Assembly (NCBI GenBank): GCA_038065475.1
Contig: JBBTQY010000005.1
Location: 2,793-66,792 of the forward strand
Source of the DNA: Patescibacteria group bacterium
GTDB taxonomy: Bacteria > Patescibacteriota > Minisyncoccia > Ryanbacterales > GWA2-47-10b
Reading direction: 5' to 3'
Length of the DNA: 64,000 nucleotides
In this document: one piece after another, positions 10,293 through 19,379 of the stretch
Position numbering within the stretch: the first letter of the stretch is position 1
How the letters are laid out: every line of letters starts with the position of its first letter
Translations under genes and position numbers: made by a program
Notes under the pieces: model-generated
What the model was told of the DNA's origin: nothing
Databases searched by the model: none
Seen by the model: only the letters and a program-made list of their open reading frames with translations

Positions 10293-10558
10293 TATTTTTT
10301 GATGCCGAAGTGTCGTTGGAGCTCCAAAAGCTTTTTCGAATCACCTTTGGCGAGATACTCGAGCAGCGACTTGCGCTTTGCGACCATTTTCAAAAGACCG
10401 CGGCGAGAGTGGTTGTCTTTGCGGTATTTTTTAAGATGATCGGCGAGTCGATCGATTTGCGCACACAAAAGGCCGATCTGAACTTCCGAAGAGCCCGTAT
10501 CCGTCTCATGGACGCGGTGCTTTTCAATAAGTTTTGTTTTCTTCACTGTTGTCAGCAT
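10292..10558 (-). CDS. rpsO: 30S ribosomal protein S15
   Basis: HETDTGSSEVQI, HLKKYRKDNHSRRGLLKMVAKRKSLLEYL; ATG at 10558. Confidence 0.96.
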   Translation of the reverse strand: MLTTVKKTKLIEKHRVHETDTGSSEVQIGLLCAQIDRLADHLKKYRKDNHSRRGLLKMVAKRKSLLEYLAKGDSKKLLELQRHFGIKK

Positions 10559-10587
10559 GGAAAACATTCTAACAAACCTTTGGTCTT

Positions 10588-10616
10588 TTGACAAGTCCCC
10601 CGTTTTTTTCTATACT
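10588..10616 (+). promoter_or_regulatory. Sigma70-type promoter
   Basis: TTGACA (10588-10593), 17-nt spacer, TATACT (10611-10616). Confidence 0.82.
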
Positions 10617-10621
10617 GCCAC

Positions 10622-10779
10622 TGGATCGCGCTCCGCAACTGGGCGTGATGCTCCTCCAAAGGGTGGTTCCGGTCCGCGCATACGGCGCAGATCACCGGCT
10701 CCGGCTTCCCTCCCCGGAGCTGGTCTCTTAGGGGCCGGAACCACCCCCTTCTCAGTTTTTACCGCTCAAGCGGGCGCAC
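10622..10779 (+). ncRNA. Candidate 6S-like RNA
   Basis: Own promoter and terminator. Closing stems 10628-10645/10763-10777, ~15-nt central bubble, 15-bp stem 10661-10675/10732-10746, branched apex. Confidence 0.55.
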
Positions 10780-10782
10780 TAT

Positions 10783-10822
10783 AAAGGCGAGTCTGATCAC
10801 AGGCTCGCCTTTCCCATTTTTT
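10783..10822 (+). terminator. Intrinsic terminator
   Basis: AAAGGCGAGTCT...AGGCTCGCCTTT hairpin followed by a T-run. Confidence 0.7.
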
Positions 10823-10851
10823 GCTATACTGATTGTAATATTGTGCGACCC

Positions 10852-11730
10852 ATGACGATTGAAAAAATAACACGCGAATTTTTGGAAGATTTGGAGCTCG
10901 AGCGCGGGCGTTCACCAAAAACGATAGAAAACTATGATCACTACCTCAAGCGTTTTTTTATGCACGCCAAAGTTTCCAACCCCGCGCATATTTCTGACGA
11001 ATTAGTTAGATCATATCGTCTCGCACTCAACCGCACAGGACTTTCTCCTCGCACGCGCAATTATCATCTCATCGCGTTGCGTATGTTTTTAAAATATTTA
11101 GCCAAGCGCGATATCAAATCACTCGCACCCGAACGTGTGGAGTTAGCGAAACTCGGCGATCGAGACATCGATATACCGCATGAAGGAGACTTAGATCGAT
11201 TACTGGGTGCGCCAAAAACTGATGCCCTGCAAGGACTTCGCGACCGCGCGATCTTAGAACTTTTATTTTCAACTGGACTTCGTGTATCAGAACTCTGCGC
11301 GCTCAATCGCGACTCACTTGATCTGGGGCGTGATGAATTTTCCGTGCGCGGCAAGGGTTCAAAAATTCGTATCGTGTTTCTTTCAAAGGATGCCAAAGAT
11401 GCAATCCGTGCGTATCTTGCAAAACGCGGCGATATGTCAGATGCGCTTTTTGCAGGCACGCAAAAGAAAAATCCGGCGCGACTCACCTCGCGTCAGATTG
11501 AACGTCTTGTTAAACGCTACGCGATTGGCGCGGGCATTCCAGGAAAGGTGACACCCCATACATTGCGACATTTGTTTGCGACTGATCTTTTGCTCAATGG
11601 TGCTGATATCAGATCAGTACAGGCAATGCTTGGTCATTCATCGATCACGACGACGCAAATCTATACACACATGACCGACAGACAACTTCGCGAAGTACAT
11701 AAAGCTTTTCACGGGAAGCGCAGAAAATAA
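10852..11730 (+). CDS. XerC/XerD-family tyrosine recombinase
   Basis: SAM-like N-domain, RDRAILELLFSTGLRVSEL, GKGSK, HTLRHLFAT, MLGHSSITTTQIYTH. Confidence 0.93.
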   Translation: MTIEKITREFLEDLELERGRSPKTIENYDHYLKRFFMHAKVSNPAHISDELVRSYRLALNRTGLSPRTRNYHLIALRMFLKYLAKRDIKSLAPERVELAKLGDRDIDIPHEGDLDRLLGAPKTDALQGLRDRAILELLFSTGLRVSELCALNRDSLDLGRDEFSVRGKGSKIRIVFLSKDAKDAIRAYLAKRGDMSDALFAGTQKKNPARLTSRQIERLVKRYAIGAGIPGKVTPHTLRHLFATDLLLNGADIRSVQAMLGHSSITTTQIYTHMTDRQLREVHKAFHGKRRK

Positions 11731-11762
11731 TTTTTAAAAAATATTTGAGTATAAAAACGTAT

Positions 11763-11790
11763 GGCGGGGAGCTCTGGTGAGCTCCCCGCC
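11763..11790. terminator. Hairpin/terminator downstream of xer
   Basis: GGCGGGGAGCTC-TGGT-GAGCTCCCCGCC. Confidence 0.7.
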
Positions 11791-12347
11791 GTGCCTTCAT
11801 CGACGGATCTCTAGGATCTCTCCTCCTCTACGTCTGAGGACCTTCTTCGGCGCGTTCGTTTCTCTGGCAGGCGCTGTGTCTCTCCTCGGGCCGTCGAGTA
11901 CTCGGAAATGATCTCCGTCTTCGACGCCCCGTGCACAGTCCCGCGAGAAATCACTTGTAGCGGTAAGTGTCCAACCCATCTTCCCCCTCGTAGTGCTGGA
12001 TTCCCTCCGGAACCCTCTTTGAAGTGCCTTACCTTTCCCCGTGCCGTAGTGGGTACGAGACTTGCCTCTCCCCTTCACGATCGGTAGCTACTTCTTCCCT
12101 GAATTGCGGAACCCTCCCTTTGTTCCGACGTTTTTTGGGAAGTAGATCGCTACGTGCTCGCGCGAAGAGATGGCCGTTTCCTCGCCTCATGCACCCTCCT
12201 TGCGGGGTTCGCCAGCCCTGAGGGCCAGCTTGGTTTCTGTTTAGTATTCTATACCTGCCTTAAAATATTGCAACAAAGCTCAAAGTATGGTCTTTTGCGT
12301 AGTCAAGAATATGTTGAAAAATAAGGGTTTTTAGGTGCTTTCGATAC

Positions 12348-12376
12348 TTGACTTTTCTTCTATTATTTGGTATAAT
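12348..12376 (+). promoter_or_regulatory. Sigma70-type promoter of the 3-gene orphan operon
   Basis: TTGACT-17-(TGG)TATAAT. Confidence 0.75.
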
Positions 12377-12492
12377 AGATGTAGAAATCAGTAACGACCG
12401 TTCATTGACTATGAACTCAGAAAAGCCCCAAAAGGGCTTGAAAATAAAGAAAAAAACGATAACAACGATGCGCAGATGCGCGCGGAGGAAGA

Positions 12493-13287
12493 ATGAGACA
12501 GGGAAACAGAGGCAATAGCCGTGGGCGGAGCAATCCACCCCAACTCACTGTGGATCTCAAAGTTGACTTCGAAAAAGTCGGCGATGAGGTTCATGTCACC
12601 CTTAGCGCCCTTGTTCATCAAGGGAAGGAGCTCGTATCAGGTACGAGCGTCCAGTTCTTCACCCGCGGTACGAAGGTCGGTTCACCCAAAGTGACCGATC
12701 CGCAGGGTCGTGCGAAAGCCGTCTATGCTTACTCCGGCGATTGCATTGCTGAAGTACAGATCGTGGACAAGGCAGTGTGCGATTCCGAACCTGTCCGCTT
12801 ACCCGACGAATTCAAGTCGAAGCGGGCGAAGCTCCCGAACCAGATCCATGTGAGCCCAGCAGGGCGTGGCCGAGTTTTTGTCTCGGTGGCAGTTCTCGCT
12901 CAGGACGATGCGCCTATCAATGGTGCGGCCGTCAATATCTTCGAGGCGGGAGAGTCGCGTGATCCGAAAGTGATCAAGCGAAGTATTCCACTCGAGACAT
13001 TGACGACCAATGAGCGCGGTGCGCTCGATCCGGTGCCGTACTTCGATGTAGCACTGATGCAGGGCAAGCGTCGCCTGTTCGTTCATGTGGCTGGCACGAA
13101 GCTCCAAGCTTTCGTGACCTGTCGCGCATCGAGCATTCGGCCGCCCAAGGCGCCCGCGGATCTCCCGCGGGTTGCCGCAGCTTTCAGGAGGAAACTCTTC
13201 GGTACGCGTTCGATTCGTGCGTTCTTGCACGGTATCCGTATGGGTGGCGAGGCTCTTCGTGAACAGAGAAAGGGAGGCTCAAAGTGA
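12493..13287 (+). CDS. Hypothetical protein, possibly two Ig-like beta domains
   Basis: GGAGGA SD. Beta-rich segments with repeated TD.QGRA / TNERGAL motifs reminiscent of Big-1-like folds. Confidence 0.65.
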   Translation: MRQGNRGNSRGRSNPPQLTVDLKVDFEKVGDEVHVTLSALVHQGKELVSGTSVQFFTRGTKVGSPKVTDPQGRAKAVYAYSGDCIAEVQIVDKAVCDSEPVRLPDEFKSKRAKLPNQIHVSPAGRGRVFVSVAVLAQDDAPINGAAVNIFEAGESRDPKVIKRSIPLETLTTNERGALDPVPYFDVALMQGKRRLFVHVAGTKLQAFVTCRASSIRPPKAPADLPRVAAAFRRKLFGTRSIRAFLHGIRMGGEALREQRKGGSK

Positions 13288-14465
13288 TTCGGATCAATCT
13301 CCTTGGCGGGAAGTTGTCTCCGGCTCATAGTGGGCCGCCTCAACCAAATCCTCTCCCCCGTGGAGAGGTGCGTTCAGTGCTTGAGCAAGGTGCCTTTCTG
13401 ATCTGCATCGCGGTCCTCTCTTTTCTGGGGGCTGTCGCTGCGATCGGTTGGTGTCTCAATTCGGTATACGTTGGGAATGGCGCGTCATGGCCTGCGATCA
13501 TTATCGCGGCCGCACTGCTGTTCTTGATGTACCGCGTCGTCGTCATCGCTGATAGGCGTTGGTGGGAGAGCAAGCGAGCAAAGGTACTTGCGGGTGCGGT
13601 CGAGGACGAAAGTCCCGAGCCGACTCTCCTCAAGCCTGAGGATCGGATATTCGATGAAGTACTCGCAGATGATGAATTGCCTCGGCGTTGGAGAAAAAAG
13701 AAGTATCCACGCTACAAGGTGTGGTGCCGAGCGAAGCGGATCCGCAAGATTCGCCGCAAGCAAAGTCTCAAGACGTGGTTTGCCAAGCAGAAGCAACGCT
13801 TCGTAAACCTCTGGGGCTGGGTAAAAGGCTCCTGGAAGAAGAAGCGGAAGAAGAGCAAGAAAAAGGAGACGCCGTCTCCCTTCCTTGCATGGTTCATGCA
13901 TCTGGGATTCACGCTCCGCGTGAGCAACAATGCACGAGCGACGCTGTTTCTACTCGTCTCCGCATTCTGGTTCTGCATCAACGTCGTCACGCTCATTGCG
14001 AGCTTCGTGTTCGCACCGAACAGGCTGACGGATACACAGGAGCAGAGCTACAACTACATGCTCCATGGTGTGCGAGCAACCGATCTCGAGATGTCATCAA
14101 CCCTCACCCAGGTTCTTACGTGGTGTTGGTCGATCGTCTCGTCTCTGTTCGTAAACCCCTGGTCATGGATTCTCTGGTTCTCCTTCGCACTCTTTAGCTT
14201 CGTCTACTTCGTAGTAGCACAGCGCGAAGAGTTCGCGGAGGTAATCGATAGTGCGCGTGAGACGGTCTCGCAGCGCGCCACAACCGACTTGCCCGACCAA
14301 CCGTCTGGGCAGCCGAGCGCTCATCCGCCGGCAGGAGCTGGTGGTGGAGCGCTCGGAAACTTCTTGAAGAATCGCGCGCGTTTCGCCGTAGAAGATCTTT
14401 CGTGGGATCTCATCACGAGGGGCTTCCAGAGAGGCATAGGCGCGCTGCGTAGAGGGGCAATATGA
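13284..14465 (+). CDS. Hypothetical multi-pass membrane protein with Lys/Arg-rich loop
   Basis: GTGA overlap with the upstream stop, GGGAGG SD, ~4-5 TM segments. Confidence 0.7.
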   Translation: MIRINLLGGKLSPAHSGPPQPNPLPRGEVRSVLEQGAFLICIAVLSFLGAVAAIGWCLNSVYVGNGASWPAIIIAAALLFLMYRVVVIADRRWWESKRAKVLAGAVEDESPEPTLLKPEDRIFDEVLADDELPRRWRKKKYPRYKVWCRAKRIRKIRRKQSLKTWFAKQKQRFVNLWGWVKGSWKKKRKKSKKKETPSPFLAWFMHLGFTLRVSNNARATLFLLVSAFWFCINVVTLIASFVFAPNRLTDTQEQSYNYMLHGVRATDLEMSSTLTQVLTWCWSIVSSLFVNPWSWILWFSFALFSFVYFVVAQREEFAEVIDSARETVSQRATTDLPDQPSGQPSAHPPAGAGGGALGNFLKNRARFAVEDLSWDLITRGFQRGIGALRRGAI

Positions 14466-15988
14466 CGATTTCGAATCGTGTTCTCTCTGGCCTCGGCGTT
14501 GCCGCGGCCCTACTTCTCTGGTTTTCCGGTCTCTTCTCGGCCTGGTTGCTTTGTCTGGCCGCGGCGGTTGTCATCATTGGCTTCCTTGCGGCGCAGCTGA
14601 CCCCGACGTTCACGCGTCCTATCCTCATCGCTACGGCAGTTATCATCGTCGTGGCGTTGGGGGTGGAGGCCTTTCGTACAAGCTTCTTCACGAACGAGGA
14701 CGACCGTTTTTCCTACACCGCACTCGGCAACTCGGAACTCGAGGCTGACATGGTGTGGGCGGAAGGGATCGATCCTCATGCTCGGGAGCTTCGCGGACGT
14801 CTTGCGACCAAGTGTCGAAATACGGAAACCGAAGTGACCGAGCAGATCGACAAGAGGATGCAGGCGATCAATGCAAAGAACTTTCTGCGTCCTGCGCAGG
14901 TCAAGCGCGTACGGCGCCAGATCACTCGCCTTCAGGAGTTTCGCGCACTGTGCCGTGAGGCTATCGTGCAGTCGGAGGCGCCAGAGGAAGTGACGCCGGC
15001 AGTCTCGGCATCAAGCGGTGCGAGTATCACGGGATGGATCCCGGCGTTCTCGTTCGCTTGGCCCAGCATGCTGGTGCTCACAGGTATCGTGTTTCTCGTG
15101 TGGTGGTTTCTGCCGCGTGGCAGTGCTACCGCGGGAATCACGAAGCTCGCCGGGTTCGCGCTACTCGTTTTATTGGTAGCGCAGGGCTGGCAGCACGTTC
15201 TTCCGGAGTATTGGAAGGATGCGCTTGCTCGCCGCGGGCTCACGACGAGCCTGCATGCGGTGACCGCGATCGATTCGCCCACAGCTCCCGCGCGAGACTA
15301 CATCCGCGATCGTTGTGAGGCGAGACTCCAAGAGAAGACGGAGGCGCTCAAGGTCACTTACCCGACGCTCTCGGATGAAGCGGCTCTCGAAGAGGCCGGC
15401 AAAGAGCTTGCCAAGATCGAGAGCTTCGGCTACGAGTGCGGTGCACTCGTAGCGCCGCGGGTCACGCCCCAGCTCGCTGAAAGCGTGCCGAGTCAGGCAA
15501 TCTTTCCGATCGCCGTCGCGGTCGGTCTGATATTGGTACTGCTCCTCGCCGCACTTTGGGGCAGGGGTAGTGCACTTGGCACCACCGTGTCGGCGATGCT
15601 CATCATCGCGGCCATGGGTGTCATCTTCTACTACGTCAGTATGAGAGTCAGCAGCCCCGAGATTGCACTACCCGAACTCAACATGGCGGAGTTCGAAGAG
15701 ACTGCCTTGAACGCTCCGCAATGGGGAATCGTATCGGTGACCTTCAGAATACCTCCTCATAAACATGTAGGAGAATTCCAAATCGGGCGTCTCAAGCTCA
15801 CGCTCAAAGACGCCAAGATCGGGGGTAAGAACTACAAGTTCATCGCTCAGGGGCCCGCTCCACGCAACGAGCAGCTCTACGCTGGCCCGTCGGCAAGTCT
15901 GCCATCAGGGACAGCTCGAATGTTCCTCACCAACGACGGCAACGAGCCGATGAAGGTCACTCTCCGTTTCCAGAAGCACACAGTCTGA
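14462..15988 (+). CDS. Hypothetical multi-pass membrane protein with internal repeats
   Basis: ATGA overlap. TM hairpins alternate with two Cys-bracketed helical segments. Confidence 0.7.
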   Translation: MTISNRVLSGLGVAAALLLWFSGLFSAWLLCLAAAVVIIGFLAAQLTPTFTRPILIATAVIIVVALGVEAFRTSFFTNEDDRFSYTALGNSELEADMVWAEGIDPHARELRGRLATKCRNTETEVTEQIDKRMQAINAKNFLRPAQVKRVRRQITRLQEFRALCREAIVQSEAPEEVTPAVSASSGASITGWIPAFSFAWPSMLVLTGIVFLVWWFLPRGSATAGITKLAGFALLVLLVAQGWQHVLPEYWKDALARRGLTTSLHAVTAIDSPTAPARDYIRDRCEARLQEKTEALKVTYPTLSDEAALEEAGKELAKIESFGYECGALVAPRVTPQLAESVPSQAIFPIAVAVGLILVLLLAALWGRGSALGTTVSAMLIIAAMGVIFYYVSMRVSSPEIALPELNMAEFEETALNAPQWGIVSVTFRIPPHKHVGEFQIGRLKLTLKDAKIGGKNYKFIAQGPAPRNEQLYAGPSASLPSGTARMFLTNDGNEPMKVTLRFQKHTV

Positions 15989-16040
15989 GTTCACAGAAAA
16001 ATATCGTCGCCCCTGCAGTATAGGGGCAAACCAAAAAACC

Positions 16041-16082
16041 GAGGCGTCGCATGAATCATCGTGCGGCGCCTCTTTCCTTTTT
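16041..16082 (+). terminator. Intrinsic terminator
   Basis: GAGGCGTCGCATGA...TCGTGCGGCGCCTC followed by T-rich tail. Confidence 0.7.
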
Positions 16083-16143
16083 ATGCGACCCTTTTCCCGT
16101 GCTACTATATATGGTATAAGAGTTAGGTAAATCAAGGGCACGA

Positions 16144-16215
16144 GTCCTCGTGGTGAAATGGATATCACGACTGGCTTCGAACCAGTTATTGGGGGTTCGA
16201 GTCCCTCCGAGGACA
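16144..16215 (+). tRNA. tRNA-Arg(TCG)
   Basis: Acceptor GTCCTCG/CGAGGAC, anticodon loop CTTCGAA, T-loop GGTTCGAGTCC. Confidence 0.93.
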
Positions 16216-16293
16216 CAGCTGAAAGCTGTTCTCATATAGGAGGGACGAGAACGGAGCAAAGGATTTTGCTCCGCGGGGTTTGCGAGAAGCAAA

Positions 16294-16315
16294 CGAGTCC
16301 CTCCGAGGACACAGC
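16294..16315 (+). repeat. 22-bp direct repeat of the tRNA-Arg 3' end (att-like)
   Basis: CGAGTCCCTCCGAGGACACAGC is identical to 16198-16219. Confidence 0.88.
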
Positions 16316-16339
16316 GATACTTTTTTATTTTTTTAATTT

Positions 16340-16412
16340 CCACTCGTAGCTCAGTTGGTAGAGCAGTCGCCTCTTAAGCGAACGGTCGTAGGTTCGATCC
16401 CTACCGAGTGGA
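16340..16412 (+). tRNA. tRNA-Lys(CTT)
   Basis: Acceptor CCACTCG/CGAGTGG, D-arm AGCTCAGTTGGTAGAGC, loop CTCTTAA, GGTTCGATCC. Confidence 0.93.
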
Positions 16413-16512
16413 CAATAACCAAAGTTATTGTCCACGGCAGCTCCTCGCGCGATAGCGCGACGATATGAAAAGCTGCCGCAACAATAAGCCGGGGGCGTAG
16501 TTCTATATAAAT

Positions 16513-17970
16513 ATGTCAAAAATTCCAAAAGAAATAATCTCTATCATCCAAACTTTAGAGGGCGCCGGCTTCGAGGCGTTTGCAGTTGGCGGTTGCGTGC
16601 GCGATCTTCTCATCGAGCGCAAACCGAAAGATTGGGATGTCACCACGAGTGCGATACCCGAAGATATTTTGCGCTTGTTTCCTGATAGCAAATATGAAAA
16701 TGATTTTGGTACGGTGTGCGTATTTTCTCAAAATCCGTCTGAGGCATCGCTTGCGATGATTGAGGTGACCCCCTATCGTACCGAGGCACAGTACTCGGAC
16801 AAGCGCCACCCTGACCGCGTTGAGTTTGGTAAATCACTCGAAGAAGATTTGGCGCGGCGCGATTTTACCATCAATTCACTGGCACTTAATGTAAAAACTG
16901 ATGAGGTGATAGATTTATTTTCTGGCAAGCGCGATTTTCGTGAAGGGCTTATCCGTGCAGTTGGCAATGCCGAAGAACGCTTTTCAGAAGACGCGTTGCG
17001 CATCATGCGCGCATTGCGCTTGTCAGCCGAGCTTGGTTTTCAGATTGAAGACGCGACACTCGCCGCCATCAAAAAAACCGTAAAACTTTTACGTTTCATT
17101 GCCAAGGAACGTATTCGCGACGAGTTTTCAAAGATCATCCTCTCCCCCACTCCGCACGAAACGCTCGAGCTTATGCGCGCGTTGGGTATTTTAAAACTCG
17201 TGTTACCAGAGCTCGAAGAAGGTGTAGGCGTGGGGCAAAATAAGCATCATGTCTATACCGTGTGGGAGCATAATCTCTACGCGCTCAAATACGCGGCGTC
17301 CAAAGAATGGTCACTCGAAGTGCGTATGGCAGCCCTTCTTCATGATGTAGGTAAGCCACGCTCAAAGCGCGGTGATGGACCGGACTCTAGTTTTTATGGT
17401 CATGAAATAATTGGTGCCAAAATGACTACGACTATTTTGGGTCGTCTTAAATATTCAAAACAGTTTATCGACAAAGTATCAAAACTCGTGCGCTATCACC
17501 TCTTTTATTACAATGTCGATGAGGTTGGCGAAGCATCAGTACGCAGGCTCATACGCAAGGTAGGTCCCGAAGATATGGAAGACTTGATAAAAGTGCGCTT
17601 CTGCGACAGGATTGGTTCGGGAGTGCCCAAGGCTGAACCATATAAATTGCGTCATTTTCGTTTTGTTATCGAGAAGCTTTCACGCGATCCAATCTCGGTC
17701 AAAATGCTCAAAGTAAACGGCGGCGATATCATGAAGATTGCGAATCTCGAACCAAGCCCCAAAGTTGGCCAACTGCTCAATATCTTGCTTGAGGAAGTGC
17801 TTGATGACCCCAAGCGCAACACTAAAGATATTTTGCAGGCGCGTATAAAAGAGCTTGCGGGCATGACCGAGCGCCAGCTCAAGGCACTTGCTGATGGCGC
17901 CAAGAAAAAATCATCAGCACTCGAAGAAGAAGAAGTGACGAAAATAAAAGGAAAACACAGGGTGAAGTAA
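16513..17970 (+). CDS. cca: CCA tRNA nucleotidyltransferase with HD domain
   Basis: VGGCVRD, DWDVTT, EDLARRDFTIN, FSEDALRIMRA, ERIRDE, LLHDVGK. Confidence 0.93.
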   Translation: MSKIPKEIISIIQTLEGAGFEAFAVGGCVRDLLIERKPKDWDVTTSAIPEDILRLFPDSKYENDFGTVCVFSQNPSEASLAMIEVTPYRTEAQYSDKRHPDRVEFGKSLEEDLARRDFTINSLALNVKTDEVIDLFSGKRDFREGLIRAVGNAEERFSEDALRIMRALRLSAELGFQIEDATLAAIKKTVKLLRFIAKERIRDEFSKIILSPTPHETLELMRALGILKLVLPELEEGVGVGQNKHHVYTVWEHNLYALKYAASKEWSLEVRMAALLHDVGKPRSKRGDGPDSSFYGHEIIGAKMTTTILGRLKYSKQFIDKVSKLVRYHLFYYNVDEVGEASVRRLIRKVGPEDMEDLIKVRFCDRIGSGVPKAEPYKLRHFRFVIEKLSRDPISVKMLKVNGGDIMKIANLEPSPKVGQLLNILLEEVLDDPKRNTKDILQARIKELAGMTERQLKALADGAKKKSSALEEEEVTKIKGKHRVK

Positions 17971-17973
17971 AAA

Positions 17974-18044
17974 CGGAGCGTAGTATACCGGTAGTACGCG
18001 CCCTTCGGGAGGGCGTAGACTGGGTTCGATTCCCAGCGCTCCGA
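17974..18044 (+). tRNA. tRNA-Pro(CGG)
   Basis: Acceptor CGGAGCG/CGCTCCG, loop TTCGGGA, GGTTCGATTCC. Confidence 0.93.
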
Positions 18045-18117
18045 CATTTATATAAAATACCCCAGCACACGCGTGGGGCATTTTATATTTTTGTATTGAG
18101 TTATATACTGATGGCAC

Positions 18118-18651
18118 ATGAAAGGCGAAGAAGTTCCAACGACTGAGGAGGGACAAGAGATGCAACAATCCCCCGAGCGTCCTCCCGTCATCAATACTCA
18201 TGCGCCGCTCTTGCGTGCGCATTTTGAGGGTTATGCGGGCGAACAAGTCTATGAAAATGGCGAGGAGGATCTCGATCCAATTCGTAAGGAGATAGCTGCG
18301 TACTACGGCGTGCCGCTCGATGAACAGCACATGCTCATCATCGAGAACGAAATGATCGAAGATCATCGCCACCAACGGGCGTTTTGTGTCGTTCAGCATT
18401 CAGCTCCCGATGGCATCAAGGAGTCGTGGTACATTGACGGACGTACCGGCCACGCGGTCATGTTGAGGCGTTTGTATGCGTATTACAAAGTCCCCGATGA
18501 TCCAGAGCACAACGAGATTCATTTGGGGTTCTTGAGCGACGAAGCCTTCTCCGACGTACCCAAGATGCAGCAGCTCGCAGATGCCGGCAAGCCACTCAAA
18601 TGGTTTGTGCGCGACACTGCACACGGTTTAAGTCCCAGTGACTTTCTTTGA
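18118..18651 (+). CDS. Hypothetical protein
   Basis: 177-aa acidic ORF with TATACT 8 nt upstream of the ATG. Confidence 0.65.
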   Translation: MKGEEVPTTEEGQEMQQSPERPPVINTHAPLLRAHFEGYAGEQVYENGEEDLDPIRKEIAAYYGVPLDEQHMLIIENEMIEDHRHQRAFCVVQHSAPDGIKESWYIDGRTGHAVMLRRLYAYYKVPDDPEHNEIHLGFLSDEAFSDVPKMQQLADAGKPLKWFVRDTAHGLSPSDFL

Positions 18652-18722
18652 GTAGACCTTTTATGCTCAATGTCCGACCGTGTCTGTACACGGTCTTTTT
18701 CTTAAAAAAAATAAAAAGGCCG

Positions 18723-19052
18723 CTACGATGTTACGGTAGCGGCCTTGGCCTCGTAGGCCTGTTTGAAATAGCTCGCGAGATGGGCAAGCCCATCATGCAT
18801 CACAAGCACTTTCGTGGCCCACACGCTCGCGGTCTTGTTGGCGGTAAGACAGATGCGCAGACGCGATTCGATGTATGCGAGCCTCTTCTCCGGTTCGACC
18901 TGCGGATACGCAGGTGTGCGAATGGTCATGAGAACGATCTTGCGCGCAAAGGCGCTATCATCAGCACTTGGGGTTGCCAGATACATGTGTATGGGCGCAC
19001 CCGTGGCGATACTGAGTAGGATTTGAGCTATCCCCGGAATCATGGTTGTCAT
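18723..19052 (-). CDS. Hypothetical protein
   Basis: GGAGG SD before ATG 19052; upstream TTGACT promoter-like sequence. Confidence 0.55.
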   Translation of the reverse strand: MTTMIPGIAQILLSIATGAPIHMYLATPSADDSAFARKIVLMTIRTPAYPQVEPEKRLAYIESRLRICLTANKTASVWATKVLVMHDGLAHLASYFKQAYEAKAATVTS

Positions 19053-19229
19053 GGTAAGAACCTCCGTTTCTAAACAATGAATATCATATTTTATATATAA
19101 AGTCAATAGTTCTGTTGCTCTACCGCGACAGCTAGTGTATAAAGATAAAGTTATCGGGCCAGTGGCGCTTCGCTTGCAGGCCCGGCGTTCGGAGAAAAAT
19201 TATGCAAGCACTCTTTTTGTTTCTTACTT

Positions 19230-19300
19230 GGGCCTGTAGTTAAGTGGTATAACGGCGCATTCGCATTGCGCAAGCGGGAGTTCGATTCTCCCCAGGTCCA
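19230..19300 (+). tRNA. tRNA-Ala(CGC)
   Basis: Acceptor GGGCCTG/CAGGTCC with G3:U70, loop TTCGCAT, GTTCGATTC. Confidence 0.92.
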
Positions 19301-19379
19301 CAAATATATAACTATAAAACCGCCCAGGGAGAGGTTTTATAGTTATTGCAGAATTTCCATGAAGTTTTATAATTGTCAT

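Noticed and set aside
11797-12190. Minus-strand gene behind an AGGAGG SD at 12190
   Set aside because: The frame closes after ~53 codons and the other frames are also interrupted. It may be a small peptide or decayed gene, but no call is supportable.
10852-16315. Xer gene + GC-rich operon + tRNA repeat read as an integrative element
   Set aside because: The recombinase looks like a housekeeping XerC/D, and the tRNA 3' duplication brackets only 74 bp on the far side, not the operon.
19155-19212. GGGCCAGTGGCG...CTTGCA as a degenerate tRNA-Ala
   Set aside because: No cloverleaf or T-arm; only short pairings.
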